Shown here: one piece after another, positions 36,498 through 46,038 of the stretch
Numbering within the stretch: the stretch's first letter is position 1
Layout: every line of letters starts with the position of its first letter
IMG/VR virus record: IMGVR_UViG_2869891414_000007
Span: 1-64,000 of that record
Length of the DNA: 64,000 bases
Reading direction: 5' to 3' (one strand)
From: a virus
Lineage: Duplodnaviria; Caudoviricetes
Notes under the pieces: model-generated
What the model was told of the DNA's origin: nothing
Seen by the model: the letters and a program-made list of their open reading frames with translations, nothing else
Databases searched by the model: none
Made by a program: the position numbers and the translations under genes

Positions 36498-36740
36498 ATG
36501 AAAGTTGAACTGGTTTACGATAAGCGAAACGTGAAAGAGATACCGGGTGCCAATGAGCTGATCCTGGCTGAACTAACCAAACGTGTGCATCGCGTCTTCC
36601 CTAAGGCTGAGGTCAAGGTTAAGCCTATGCAGGCGAACGGCATCAACACAGACGCCAGCAAAGGTGATAAAGCAATCCTAAGCCGTCTGCTTGAAGAGAT
36701 GTTTGACGAAGCAGATCAGTGGCTGGTTATCGATATTTAA
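36498..36740 (+). CDS. DinI-like family protein
   Basis: ELTKRVHRVFP...V.V..M..NGI...EEMFDEADQWL. Confidence 0.7.
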   Translation: MKVELVYDKRNVKEIPGANELILAELTKRVHRVFPKAEVKVKPMQANGINTDASKGDKAILSRLLEEMFDEADQWLVIDI

Positions 36741-36753
36741 TTGAGGGGGATTT

Positions 36754-36999
36754 ATGCTGCGTGTCGAAGTGACGATAGATAAGCTGAACGCCAAGAGTTT
36801 TCCACCTGGCTACACCAACGCACTGACGGAAGAGTTAACTAATCGCCTCAGCCGTAAATTTAGCGAGGTTGATGTGAAGGTGAGATTTGCAGGCGCTGAT
36901 GGATTAACAGTGCTAGGCGGGGCTAGCGATGATAAAAAGACAGTCGAAGAGATTTTGCAGGAGACGTGGGAAAGTGCGGATGATTGGTTTCAGGCTTAA
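36754..36999 (+). CDS. dinI: DinI family protein
   Basis: MLRVEVTIDK...V.VR.A.ADGLTVLGG...EEILQETWESADDWF. Confidence 0.88.
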   Translation: MLRVEVTIDKLNAKSFPPGYTNALTEELTNRLSRKFSEVDVKVRFAGADGLTVLGGASDDKKTVEEILQETWESADDWFQA

Positions 37000-37054
37000 A
37001 TTCATGGCCGAGAACACCGGGGATTGATCGGAAAATTAAGCTCGGTTTTGTGTT

Positions 37055-37305
37055 TGTAGTGGTCAACTAAAATTGGCCACAGCTTCAGCATTTTCCCAAT
37101 ACAATCGCTCCGGTTCAGTAGGTGTTAATACATCGTTATATTGGTGGACTCTGAATTGACTGTAATAACCGATGATATAATTCATTATAACTCTATTTGC
37201 TTCGCTAAAATTATCATATTCACAGTTGGGTGCCCACTCCAGCTTCAGACTGCGAAAAAAGCACTCCACATGATTATTATCCCAGCGATTTCCATGCCGA
37301 CTCAT
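37055..37305 (-). pseudogene. IS3-family remnant: terminal IR plus transposase C-terminal fragment
   Basis: TGTAGTGGTCAACTAAAATTGGCCAC end; WDNNHVECFFRSLK.EW and YY...R.HQYN integrase-core fragment. Confidence 0.75.
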
Positions 37306-37661
37306 ACTCTGTTTGAGCTGGAATTACCATACTAACTGACTGAATTAACCATCAATACAGTTACTTCCTTGGACTCATTTCTAAGAGTCAAGTCGTTATT
37401 TGAGTGCTGTTGTTCAGCCTATTCATATTTTCAAACAACATGCAGTTATCAACTGAACACTTTATTTCATTGGCCTCTCCAAACTACACCACCTATCCTC
37501 ATAACATGTATACATTGCTGGAGTGCTAACATCATTTTGGGTCGTTCCATTTATAAGCAAGGTCTGGTTTTTCGAACAAACGGCGCCAGCCTTATTTCGA
37601 GAGAATGACTATTACCATAAATGCATATCTAAAATAGCTTTTTAAATAAAAGGGGAAATAT

Positions 37662-38096
37662 ATGGGAGCCAGCTATTCCATTGAGGATTGTGATCTTCAG
37701 ATACTTATCCTTGTTGACGAAAAAACTGCGCTGCAAGGGGAATCAACGGGGATTTTCGCGATGGATAATCACCTGGGGTCTGGAAGTGATATTCAAGGTA
37801 GCACACAACTAGTAACTTATGCCGGAAGAGGCGACAAAATTTATTGGCGAGCTATGTTTATCAACCCTAACACAGTTGATGCGCAGTCCATCGCCTCAAT
37901 AGGGATCTCGTCGGTGGGAAACTCTCCTGCATGGGGATATAGCGGTCAACCAGAAATCGCCTTTGATAGTGACTCAAATTTTAGTGGCGAGGCGCAAGTG
38001 GCAGGGCGTTATACTTATGAGTTATTGATTAATATTGTAAAGAGTAATGGCGAGGGTGCAATTTTAAAAACAACTCTTGGTCTAACAGTAACTTGA
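37662..38096 (+). CDS. AidA/PixA-like beta-rich protein 1
   Basis: QILILVD...IFAMDN...G..QL.T....GDKIYW...YTYELLI pattern, judged by eye. Confidence 0.5.
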   Translation: MGASYSIEDCDLQILILVDEKTALQGESTGIFAMDNHLGSGSDIQGSTQLVTYAGRGDKIYWRAMFINPNTVDAQSIASIGISSVGNSPAWGYSGQPEIAFDSDSNFSGEAQVAGRYTYELLINIVKSNGEGAILKTTLGLTVT

Positions 38097-38134
38097 TTTT
38101 ATTCTTTTCAATAATTTCATAGGAATAAAATAAT

Positions 38135-38647
38135 ATGAACGATAATAACTTACAACAGCACCCCGAATTAATACCAGGTGATTTTCGTGGTATTAATAAT
38201 CCCGAGACGATCATACGTATTTTTGTTGATACAGCTTACGTTGCCGCAAGCGGCGGTGGTGCAATCACTGGACCAACAAGTAAGGGTATTTATGTGATCG
38301 ATAATAGAGGGAGTATCGGTAGCCCGCTCGAAGCTCGCATACCTGTAAAAACATATGTTCATCGTGAGGACTACATCGGCTTTTATATCTCAGCAATAGA
38401 CCCAACCTTAACAGATCCTGATTTAGAAGAGACCCTTACAATTGAAGGGTTCACGATATTGGGCGGTAATTTATTTGGCAGTGCAGGTTATCCTGTTCGT
38501 CGGGAAAGAGATGATAATTATTGGATTGCGCAAGCCGTAAATGCCTCACCGGCTACAACCTATGAGGTCCATTGCAAACTATTGACACAAGGGCTCACTC
38601 CTCAAACAATTTACTTTTCATTCAATTCCATTATTAGCACAACATGA
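38135..38647 (+). CDS. AidA/PixA-like beta-rich protein 2
   Basis: IRIFVD...IYVIDN...NYWIAQAV...TTYEV...YFSF pattern; looks paralogous to the upstream ORF. Confidence 0.5.
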   Translation: MNDNNLQQHPELIPGDFRGINNPETIIRIFVDTAYVAASGGGAITGPTSKGIYVIDNRGSIGSPLEARIPVKTYVHREDYIGFYISAIDPTLTDPDLEETLTIEGFTILGGNLFGSAGYPVRRERDDNYWIAQAVNASPATTYEVHCKLLTQGLTPQTIYFSFNSIISTT

Positions 38648-38665
38648 TAATCACTGGAAGGAAAA

Positions 38666-39253
38666 ATGGAAGATACTATTGATTTATCAGCACGCCCACC
38701 AGAGAAGTTTAAAATTGACGAATTCGAAAAATACTTTGAGATGCAGAAGCAAAGCCAGTGGTGTTGGATAGCAACTGCAGTCGCCGTGGGTAATTTTTAT
38801 GAGTCATATACAGTAAGGCCCAATGACAAAACAACAAAGTGGGATCAAATAGACACATATAAAAAACTAAAGTCGACTTGTCATACGGTAACAACGGCGA
38901 CTCCTCTTATGTCATTAGGAACTAAAGATTTATGCAACGAGACCGGAAATCCACAAACTTCGTTGCAGCACGTTTTTTGCTTCGTAAATAAATATGCTAA
39001 TTCTACGATTGAGCTTCCCGAAATAAAGAGAATAATAGCTACAGGTAAACCGGTTATAGTTGGTTTAAAAAAAATGAAACAGGATGGGACCCTATCTTAT
39101 CAGGGGCATGTTATAACTCTATATGGATATGATGGGCCAAATACGTGGTATGTAGGTGACCCACTAGAAGGTATCAAAACATTATTACTTAACAAGGTAA
39201 CTGCTGCAAATCTTGCTGCCTCGGAATTTTTCATAACAAAGAAACCTGGTTAA
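38666..39253 (+). CDS. Papain-like cysteine protease, C39/C70-like
   Basis: Q..SQWCWIA (Gln/Cys), GHVITLYGYD (His), VGDP (Asp). Confidence 0.8.
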   Translation: MEDTIDLSARPPEKFKIDEFEKYFEMQKQSQWCWIATAVAVGNFYESYTVRPNDKTTKWDQIDTYKKLKSTCHTVTTATPLMSLGTKDLCNETGNPQTSLQHVFCFVNKYANSTIELPEIKRIIATGKPVIVGLKKMKQDGTLSYQGHVITLYGYDGPNTWYVGDPLEGIKTLLLNKVTAANLAASEFFITKKPG

Positions 39254-39487
39254 CCTCTATTTTCAGCTAACGGCATACGCGAAAGAACTCACATAAATAG
39301 ACCGGGCAATCAAGCCCGGTTTTGTATTTATGCTTCAGCTCAATAAACATCCCTGCCCACCCATCACTCTATTTTCAGAACATTCGGAGCTTAAATCATT
39401 AGGAGTAGCCAGATAAAACACCATATGCTTGAACGGAAAACAATGCCGTATTATCGGATGAGTTAATAAACATAGGGAGATAAAGAA

Positions 39488-40306
39488 ATGGATGCGACGT
39501 TGCTTTCAAGGATGCGGTCAGGTGGAAGGATTACAAGCTGGTCAGAAACGATGGTGAACCTGGAGGCCCATAAGCTGATTAATATCGCGAACACGCTGTC
39601 CGCCTCCCACCTTAGTGATAGTCTGACCCAAATGAATTTTATCCAAGAAATAAAGGAAGTTGTTGAGCAACAGTTCGCTGCCGCGCGGCGTGCTAAATCG
39701 GACGAAGAGTGTATGACCTGCATACAAAGTCTGAGAGCGGAGACGGAAAGCCTTCAGGCGCAGGACAGGATGTTGCGGATGGAAACCGCGAAACTTTACG
39801 CCAAAGTGGAGTTCGTCCGGGAAAATAATAAAATTGTTGGGTATGTCATTTCGGCTGTAAATGTGGTGTTGTCAGGACTTGAAATGGCGGTCGGTTTCAC
39901 ACTTATAAGTTCAATGACCCCCTTGGGGGTTCTGGCTGGAGCTGTACTTGTGATCGACAGTGCCAATGGCATAAGCAAGGAAATAGCACATTACGCAATG
40001 GATAATAAAAGCTCTGAAGGGCTGGTTGCTGATGTGTCCATGTCGGTTGCCGAGTTTATGGGATTTAGTCGTAATAATGGGCTGGGTGTATACAAATCAG
40101 TATCACTTGCGGCAAATGCATATAGCATCTTCGGCCTACTTAAGCGCCCAGAAACATGGCGGTTATTTCGTTATATTCCCACTGATTATTATCGGAAAAT
40201 CAGCACCATGAGTCGCCCAAAGTTAACAATGAAAATAGTAGGATATGGCGTTAAAGCTAAAGTCATATTTGATTTAATGTCTATCACTGATTCAGTACAA
40301 CGTTAG
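39488..40306 (+). CDS. DUF4225-like protein
   Basis: Helical N-terminus, hydrophobic glycine-zipper-like centre, W.LFRY...DY C-terminus. Confidence 0.6.
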   Translation: MDATLLSRMRSGGRITSWSETMVNLEAHKLINIANTLSASHLSDSLTQMNFIQEIKEVVEQQFAAARRAKSDEECMTCIQSLRAETESLQAQDRMLRMETAKLYAKVEFVRENNKIVGYVISAVNVVLSGLEMAVGFTLISSMTPLGVLAGAVLVIDSANGISKEIAHYAMDNKSSEGLVADVSMSVAEFMGFSRNNGLGVYKSVSLAANAYSIFGLLKRPETWRLFRYIPTDYYRKISTMSRPKLTMKIVGYGVKAKVIFDLMSITDSVQR

Positions 40307-40625
40307 TAATCATTTTTCGATATCGCCAGGATTTGTATGCAAGCCTGGCTGGGGCTAAATACCAGATAAAAGGCAGCGCAATAGCAAGTGTTGCAGCCAG
40401 CGTAATACTGGTATTTTTTGATGCCAGTGCTAACGTAAGAGCTAAGATGGTTAATGCAACTATGGTGATCCATTTTGATGCTTTAAAACGGTTAGCAAGG
40501 TCGTGAGTGACCGAATCCAGTGAACCTCCATAATTAGCAATGTTATTTTTCAGTTTTTGTAAGTCACTATGTGTAAATCCAGATCTTAGCAGTGTCTCTT
40601 CGCTTGTTCTCATTTGCCTTTTCAT
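40284..40625 (-). CDS. Small two-TM membrane protein
   Basis: Two hydrophobic helices; convergent with and overlapping the upstream gene. Confidence 0.6.
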   Translation of the reverse strand: MKRQMRTSEETLLRSGFTHSDLQKLKNNIANYGGSLDSVTHDLANRFKASKWITIVALTILALTLALASKNTSITLAATLAIALPFIWYLAPARLAYKSWRYRKMITNVVLNQ

Positions 40626-40823
40626 CCTTAAAAACGATTGACATTCCTTAGTCTATATACCAGAAAATAAACCGTTGGTCGATGAATATCAATTTTAATG
40701 TTAAGTAACATATAGTTATATTCTTATCGTGTTTTTTTGTACGGCCATCCCCATCAAATACAGGTGTAAGGATTTATAAACACGGGTTATTACAGTTAGG
40801 GAGTTATACCCGTAGACTGACTG

Positions 40824-40854
40824 AATAGGCCGGGCAATTAAGCCCGGCTTTTGT
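40824..40854. terminator. Terminator after the tail-fibre assembly gene; near-identical copy at 39296-39325
   Basis: CCGGGC-AATTAA-GCCCGG hairpin with T-tract. Confidence 0.7.
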
Positions 40855-41478
40855 TTACACTTTAGGCACTACAGGCCATTCAATATCCGGCGCTTTTGAT
40901 GTATCAATACGGTTCAGTAAGACGCGGTAAGTTTTCCAAGCCGTAAGCTGCTCTTTATCGTCATCCGTTGCCATGCCGGTATCTACCGCATCTTGTAACG
41001 GTGCAATTTTCGCTGCGGCTGCATTCAATAATCGGGTTTTCTTTTCTTCCGCTTCCTGCACTGCTGCGGCCTTTTGCAAGACTTTATCCGTTACCCACTT
41101 TGCGCCGCTCCACTTATCGTAATGGGTCTGCGGAGCCAGTAATGTCAACGTATCGGGTAGATCACCAATAAAGCCGATTTCTTCTGGTTGACCGGTTTCC
41201 GTGCTGTAAGCCACCTTGCCGCGCAAGTCAGTAACGATTTCCCATGCGTTGCCAGCATCATTCCGGCGCACGGCCTTATCTGGTTCTGTGGGTAATACAG
41301 GCGAGTCAGCATAACCGCTAGCGGGCAAGCTAACGCCCAACGGTAGGTACTCATTATTGACGCCGATAAACTCTTGCGATTGGGTGTCTGCACTATAAAC
41401 GGCAATCCAGCCAGCACGAATAGCGAGACCATTTGCTCCAATCTGCGCGGTTGGGATATCTAGTGAATATTTAGTCAT
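40855..41478 (-). CDS. Tail fibre assembly protein
   Basis: DLRGKVAY, W.G.KWV, IAPLQDAVD, WKTYRVLLNRID. Confidence 0.92.
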   Translation of the reverse strand: MTKYSLDIPTAQIGANGLAIRAGWIAVYSADTQSQEFIGVNNEYLPLGVSLPASGYADSPVLPTEPDKAVRRNDAGNAWEIVTDLRGKVAYSTETGQPEEIGFIGDLPDTLTLLAPQTHYDKWSGAKWVTDKVLQKAAAVQEAEEKKTRLLNAAAAKIAPLQDAVDTGMATDDDKEQLTAWKTYRVLLNRIDTSKAPDIEWPVVPKV

Positions 41479-42671
41479 TATATGGCTCTCACGATGTAGT
41501 TAAATGCAATATTTTTCATGCGGTTTTCATTTGCAGTGGGAACAACAAGTGATGCATCAAACTTAGCTCCCTGCACAGTGCTCCCGCCAACGACTTGCCC
41601 ACCTTGAGGTACTGAAACATCCAGCCGCGTGAAAGCACCTGAGAAGTAACTTGCCTCCGCGGCTTTCCCGCCTGCGGGGGCGTAGATACCCGTAATGTTT
41701 CTAATGGCATCATCCTGAAACGACAGCAATACTCGTCCCGCGTCTACCCCTCGTCCGTCGTCCCAGCCTCTAATGGCATTCCCGCGCATGTCGGGGAGTA
41801 CACCAGATGGGTATCTCAGGGCTAACCGCGGGTAAGTTGATGTGCTAAAGGCAGCGCCGTTACACTTCAACCAGCCAGCGGGGACACTGGACAGGGGGTT
41901 AGGCATTGGGATACCAATCAGTTGTTCTGTCAGGAAAGTGTAAAGAGTGGAACCCCACAACGTACCGTGGATATTACCGTCCACTGTCAATGTTGCATGG
42001 CCTTCTGCGCGGCCTTCACCTGCAACAACATCACTTTTTGATATAATCCGCCCGCCTCTTACATCACCAACAATATCGCAGCGGCCATCTGCGGCAATGT
42101 TGGTTTTTGCAATGAGACTGCCTTGTGCGGTAAGGTTGCCTGCCAATTGAACATTGGCGTCGGTGGTATTAATAAATGGCAAGGTAATATCTTTGGTACC
42201 ATCAAAATCTACCCCACCGATTTTTCTCGCTGTGGCCAGTTTTGTGGCGGATGCTGCTATGCCATCGATTGGCAATGAAGCATCAAGCGCGGCCTTGACA
42301 GCTTTCGGTGTAGCCGCTAACACTTCGCTGGTGCTACCAGTCGAACTACTTAACTGAACAACCCCTTTTTGGGTGGTAGAGGCTGAGGGTAGGTTACTAT
42401 TGGCGTAGCTCTTAATCGCTAATTCCAGACTGTTCAACAGCGTTGCCATCTCGCCATTATCGAGGACATCATTGTCAGAATGGTTAGCGATGAACTCAGC
42501 CAGCACAGATGCAACAAAGGATGACTGACGCCAGACTTTATTTAGCTGCTCAGACTTAGCGACCCCTGACGAGAACCCGCCTGCACGTGCCGCAAGTACC
42601 TCATATTGTTCTTGCGTCATTACGTTAGATTCAACGCCGATCCCAAAAGGGAGAATTTCATTCTTAGCCAT
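41478..42671 (-). CDS. Tail fibre protein
   Basis: MAKNEILPF...LNKVWRQ N-terminus, KGVVQLSS repeat, collar domain (GWLKCNG, PDMRG..IRGWD), NIAFNYIVRA. Confidence 0.9.
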   Translation of the reverse strand: MAKNEILPFGIGVESNVMTQEQYEVLAARAGGFSSGVAKSEQLNKVWRQSSFVASVLAEFIANHSDNDVLDNGEMATLLNSLELAIKSYANSNLPSASTTQKGVVQLSSSTGSTSEVLAATPKAVKAALDASLPIDGIAASATKLATARKIGGVDFDGTKDITLPFINTTDANVQLAGNLTAQGSLIAKTNIAADGRCDIVGDVRGGRIISKSDVVAGEGRAEGHATLTVDGNIHGTLWGSTLYTFLTEQLIGIPMPNPLSSVPAGWLKCNGAAFSTSTYPRLALRYPSGVLPDMRGNAIRGWDDGRGVDAGRVLLSFQDDAIRNITGIYAPAGGKAAEASYFSGAFTRLDVSVPQGGQVVGGSTVQGAKFDASLVVPTANENRMKNIAFNYIVRAI

Positions 42672-43338
42672 GTGCTTTCCTTAATGATAAACCCCATGAC
42701 GAACGGTCAAATCCTGAGGAGTATTCGTTATCTAAATCGAAGCCGAACAACGCACCGACCTCAGTTGAAATGATGTAATTCGTGACGCCGACACCTGCCG
42801 GTTTAACGTCTAAATATCCCTGAGCAATGACCGCTCGCATCACTGATGAGATTTGCTCACCGGCAATGTAAATAGTCATGGTCATGTCGAAGTTATCGAC
42901 GGCAAATATCTTGGTGCGCCCGTCAGGGAAAATACCCTGGTAGATATCACTGAGTGTTTCGACGGTACCGTCCCAATGGTTAGCCTGGATCTTTGCCCGA
43001 AGTATCGTGCGGTAAGTCTCATCGTCCAATCGAGTGAAGCCTGTTAGCGAATCATACGGCCCCTTCCAGCTCCCCAGATCAAAGCCCAACCCCTCGGTAT
43101 CTAGTGAGAAATAGACATCCGTGATTGGTGTTCTGATGTTTCGCCCAATACCTACCCATAGCCCGACAGCATCCTCTTGATTGCCTATTGAGCTATCGAG
43201 GTCAAAGTCGTTTGTGAGTTGATTTGTCGTCTGCTGGATACCGAGGAACGGTGCGGTGATTAGGGATATATGATCGTAAAACTTGGGCTTATTTTTGTGA
43301 TAGGACGTGATGAGACGTTGATATTTAGTCTCACTCAT
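42664..43338 (-). CDS. Baseplate wedge protein, DUF2612-like
   Basis: FDLDSSIGNQED.VG.WVG, LDDETYR.ILRAKI..NHWDG. Confidence 0.8.
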   Translation of the reverse strand: MSETKYQRLITSYHKNKPKFYDHISLITAPFLGIQQTTNQLTNDFDLDSSIGNQEDAVGLWVGIGRNIRTPITDVYFSLDTEGLGFDLGSWKGPYDSLTGFTRLDDETYRTILRAKIQANHWDGTVETLSDIYQGIFPDGRTKIFAVDNFDMTMTIYIAGEQISSVMRAVIAQGYLDVKPAGVGVTNYIISTEVGALFGFDLDNEYSSGFDRSSWGLSLRKAHG

Positions 43339-44525
43339 TAGGTCACCACTAAGGTTATATTCTCCGGCACACAAGCGGCTGCATTGTTAAATGCTATCTC
43401 GATATTGTTTTCAGATAGCGCCACAGGAGAAATGCCGATTTCTAACAAAGTAATATCGTAAGTCAGCCGTTCAATGCTGCCATTTAATTGCGCAGGTAGA
43501 TCAAGTCGCTTAATACGAACCGGCTCACCAATTTCTATTTTATTAATATATTCCGCTATTGAGTTTTTGATCTCGACGCCAATTGATGAGGTATAACCCT
43601 GGAGTGCTTTGATTGCTAACCGGACATAAATCTGTACGGTACCTTTGCGGAAAAAATGAATCGGGTGAACAATGCCATACTTATCCGTAATCGGAATGGT
43701 GGTGGTGCCATACGTCCCAGAACCCGGTCCCTTTTTCAGGGCGATGGCTTGAGCGATTTGTGTCGCGTCACCGCCATCAACAACAATAGAGATCGAGTGG
43801 CTGGGTATGCCGTTTGCGTCGGTAATGCTGGTATCATTCTCATAGCCGCGATAGCGCTCAACACCACTAATGCCCGCAATAGCCCCTAAGATACCATCCA
43901 GCACCGTGCGCGACGGAAGCGCCACTGAGTCCGTTTGTCTGACGCGCAATTCTGCATCCATTTCTACAGGCTTGCCTGGAGTCGCCCCTATTGGGTTATT
44001 GACGCTTAGCCAACCTCGCGTTGGTGTTGCTATTTCGTTTACGGTATTGGCCAGGGCGACAATGGCACCCGGTACCGAACAGATCGCCGTCGCGGTTGCC
44101 GTGCCATCCAGACCAATAATCACACTGGCGGGCAGATCCCAACGGACACCATCGGCATCACGCGCGGCCCCATTGGTGATCTCCAGCCCGACATTGCCGG
44201 TGAGCAATACATCGACGGTTGAATTAGTTTCCTTGTCCCGTTTAATGCCGTTAATTTTCACATTACTGGAAAGTCCATTGCCGACTGCGGTTGCCGGAGA
44301 GAATGAGTTATAAACAGCAATGGCGCTATTGTTCGCGTCGTGGATTGCCAGCGCGTAAATACTGACCATTTGCCCATCCTTACTATCAGCATCCAAATAA
44401 CTGTCAGTGCCGTAAATCTCCTGAAAATAACTCACTAACGTGCTGCGAATAGTCTCAAAATCGGGCGCAGTTATCCCCGTCGCGCTGACAATTACATTCA
44501 GCCCTAACGTATCAAGGTTTAACAT
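43338..44525 (-). CDS. Baseplate J-like protein
   Basis: DSKDGQ, E.DAELRVRQ, YENDT, PSHSISIVVDGG. Confidence 0.85.
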   Translation of the reverse strand: MLNLDTLGLNVIVSATGITAPDFETIRSTLVSYFQEIYGTDSYLDADSKDGQMVSIYALAIHDANNSAIAVYNSFSPATAVGNGLSSNVKINGIKRDKETNSTVDVLLTGNVGLEITNGAARDADGVRWDLPASVIIGLDGTATATAICSVPGAIVALANTVNEIATPTRGWLSVNNPIGATPGKPVEMDAELRVRQTDSVALPSRTVLDGILGAIAGISGVERYRGYENDTSITDANGIPSHSISIVVDGGDATQIAQAIALKKGPGSGTYGTTTIPITDKYGIVHPIHFFRKGTVQIYVRLAIKALQGYTSSIGVEIKNSIAEYINKIEIGEPVRIKRLDLPAQLNGSIERLTYDITLLEIGISPVALSENNIEIAFNNAAACVPENITLVVT

Positions 44526-44879
44526 TTATGCCTCGCTGGTCACGGTGGTAGTGCCGTAGATGGTGTCTATTGTTGCGGTAAAAGTGACGCGACGATTTTC
44601 GCCGGTATAGCTGGCTTCAAATTCCAGAATTGCGCTAACGCCCTGCGTATCAAGAATACGCTCACGGATAGCCAGGATATAAACATCAGAGCGTTGCTTA
44701 CCAAGTACCGACTGAATATAAGGCGTACCCTCAGTTAAATCCAAAAACCACTGGCCGCGCCATAATTCAAAGCGGGTTTTTACCGCCTGAGCGACCGCCT
44801 CCGGTGAGTTGATAAGGAATGTGTTATCACCCTGGCCGAATGTGTAATCGCCGTTCTCGTCCTCTCTGCGATACCTCAT
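44526..44879 (-). CDS. Baseplate wedge, gp25/W-like
   Basis: MRYRREDENGDYTFG, GQWFLD..EGTPY. Confidence 0.75.
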   Translation of the reverse strand: MRYRREDENGDYTFGQGDNTFLINSPEAVAQAVKTRFELWRGQWFLDLTEGTPYIQSVLGKQRSDVYILAIRERILDTQGVSAILEFEASYTGENRRVTFTATIDTIYGTTTVTSEA

Positions 44880-45619
44880 ATCGGCCCCCCAGTTTCGCCG
44901 CCACCCGTTTCTACACCGCCGTGCTTGTGAGATTTGAGACTGACACCACCAGCAGTGACATCATTGGTAACAGTAATAGGGCCAAGCATACTGGCGTTAC
45001 CGCCGCTTTCTCCCATCCCTTGGGTGAGGGAACCGTTTATCGTCACCGCTCCATTTAACACGATAGTTGGCGATGTGATTTCAGTACCACCCTGCGCATT
45101 TGCTATCAGCCTGCCTGATGTCTGCACGGTGACGGTGTGATCTGCGGGGTTGATTTCAACATACGCGCCGCCATCATCACTACGGAACTGCGCGGCGCTG
45201 GTGCTGATACCGCTGATTTTCTTTGCCTGCGACTGAGGACCAATAATGGCGAATGCATCCGATAAATCATGCTGACGTTCGTCAACTGTCTCTTGTATGT
45301 CGCCTGACTGGTGCCAGAAATCGATACACCGATCACCAAAAACCAATAAGCACTCATCCCCGGACTTAATGGGGAATGTCATGGTGACGCCACCGCCGCG
45401 CGGGAATATAACGGGCACATTGGTCAGTACCGATAGATTGGTTGATTCCCCGCCCGACTCGCCCTTAATACCGATCTGAATATCGCAAGTTACGCTGTCA
45501 GCATCAAATGACTGAACAATCCCCGGCATTGATACGCGCAATTGAGACGATACAGATGATTGCAACGTTCGCAGTGTTTCGGCTAATTCTCCCGAACGGG
45601 AGTCTGTTGATACCGTCAT
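44876..45619 (-). CDS. Baseplate spike, gp138-like
   Basis: VPVIFPRGGG..MTFPIK.GDEC, R.HDLSD, C-terminal HKHGGV. Confidence 0.85.
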   Translation of the reverse strand: MTVSTDSRSGELAETLRTLQSSVSSQLRVSMPGIVQSFDADSVTCDIQIGIKGESGGESTNLSVLTNVPVIFPRGGGVTMTFPIKSGDECLLVFGDRCIDFWHQSGDIQETVDERQHDLSDAFAIIGPQSQAKKISGISTSAAQFRSDDGGAYVEINPADHTVTVQTSGRLIANAQGGTEITSPTIVLNGAVTINGSLTQGMGESGGNASMLGPITVTNDVTAGGVSLKSHKHGGVETGGGETGGPI

Positions 45620-45679
45620 GGAAAAACTCCAATAAAAAACCCGCACATTGGCGGGTTCAGATGAGGCTAAGCGACTTAG

Positions 45680-46027
45680 CTAACTTACTTTCTTGCAGGG
45701 GAATGAACCTATAATTTTCGGCGCATCCATACTGTTTTGTAGGAGTTGAACGTTAAGCCATGATTTGCCATTACGCTTAAAATATTCAAATCCGTACATG
45801 TTTCCATCACTGGCTGGCATAAGCGTCATGCTGATTTTTACGTTTTCATAATCACCGTTTTGTTTCAGAAAGTTGATTTTCTGAGTACCTACAGTGTCAC
45901 CATTCACTTTCAATAAACCGTCATTTCCGCCTGTAAGTTCGAAATTCCCGCAATGAGTAACCGCAAACGAAGAAAAAGAAAGCAGAGATAGCGAAATTCC
46001 TATCAAGGAATTTTTTAGTAAATTCAT
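45680..46027 (-). CDS. Secreted hypothetical protein, moron-like
   Basis: Signal peptide (LSLLSFSSFA), two Cys, AT-rich. Confidence 0.6.
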   Translation of the reverse strand: MNLLKNSLIGISLSLLSFSSFAVTHCGNFELTGGNDGLLKVNGDTVGTQKINFLKQNGDYENVKISMTLMPASDGNMYGFEYFKRNGKSWLNVQLLQNSMDAPKIIGSFPCKKVS

Positions 46028-46038
46028 TATTTTCCCCT

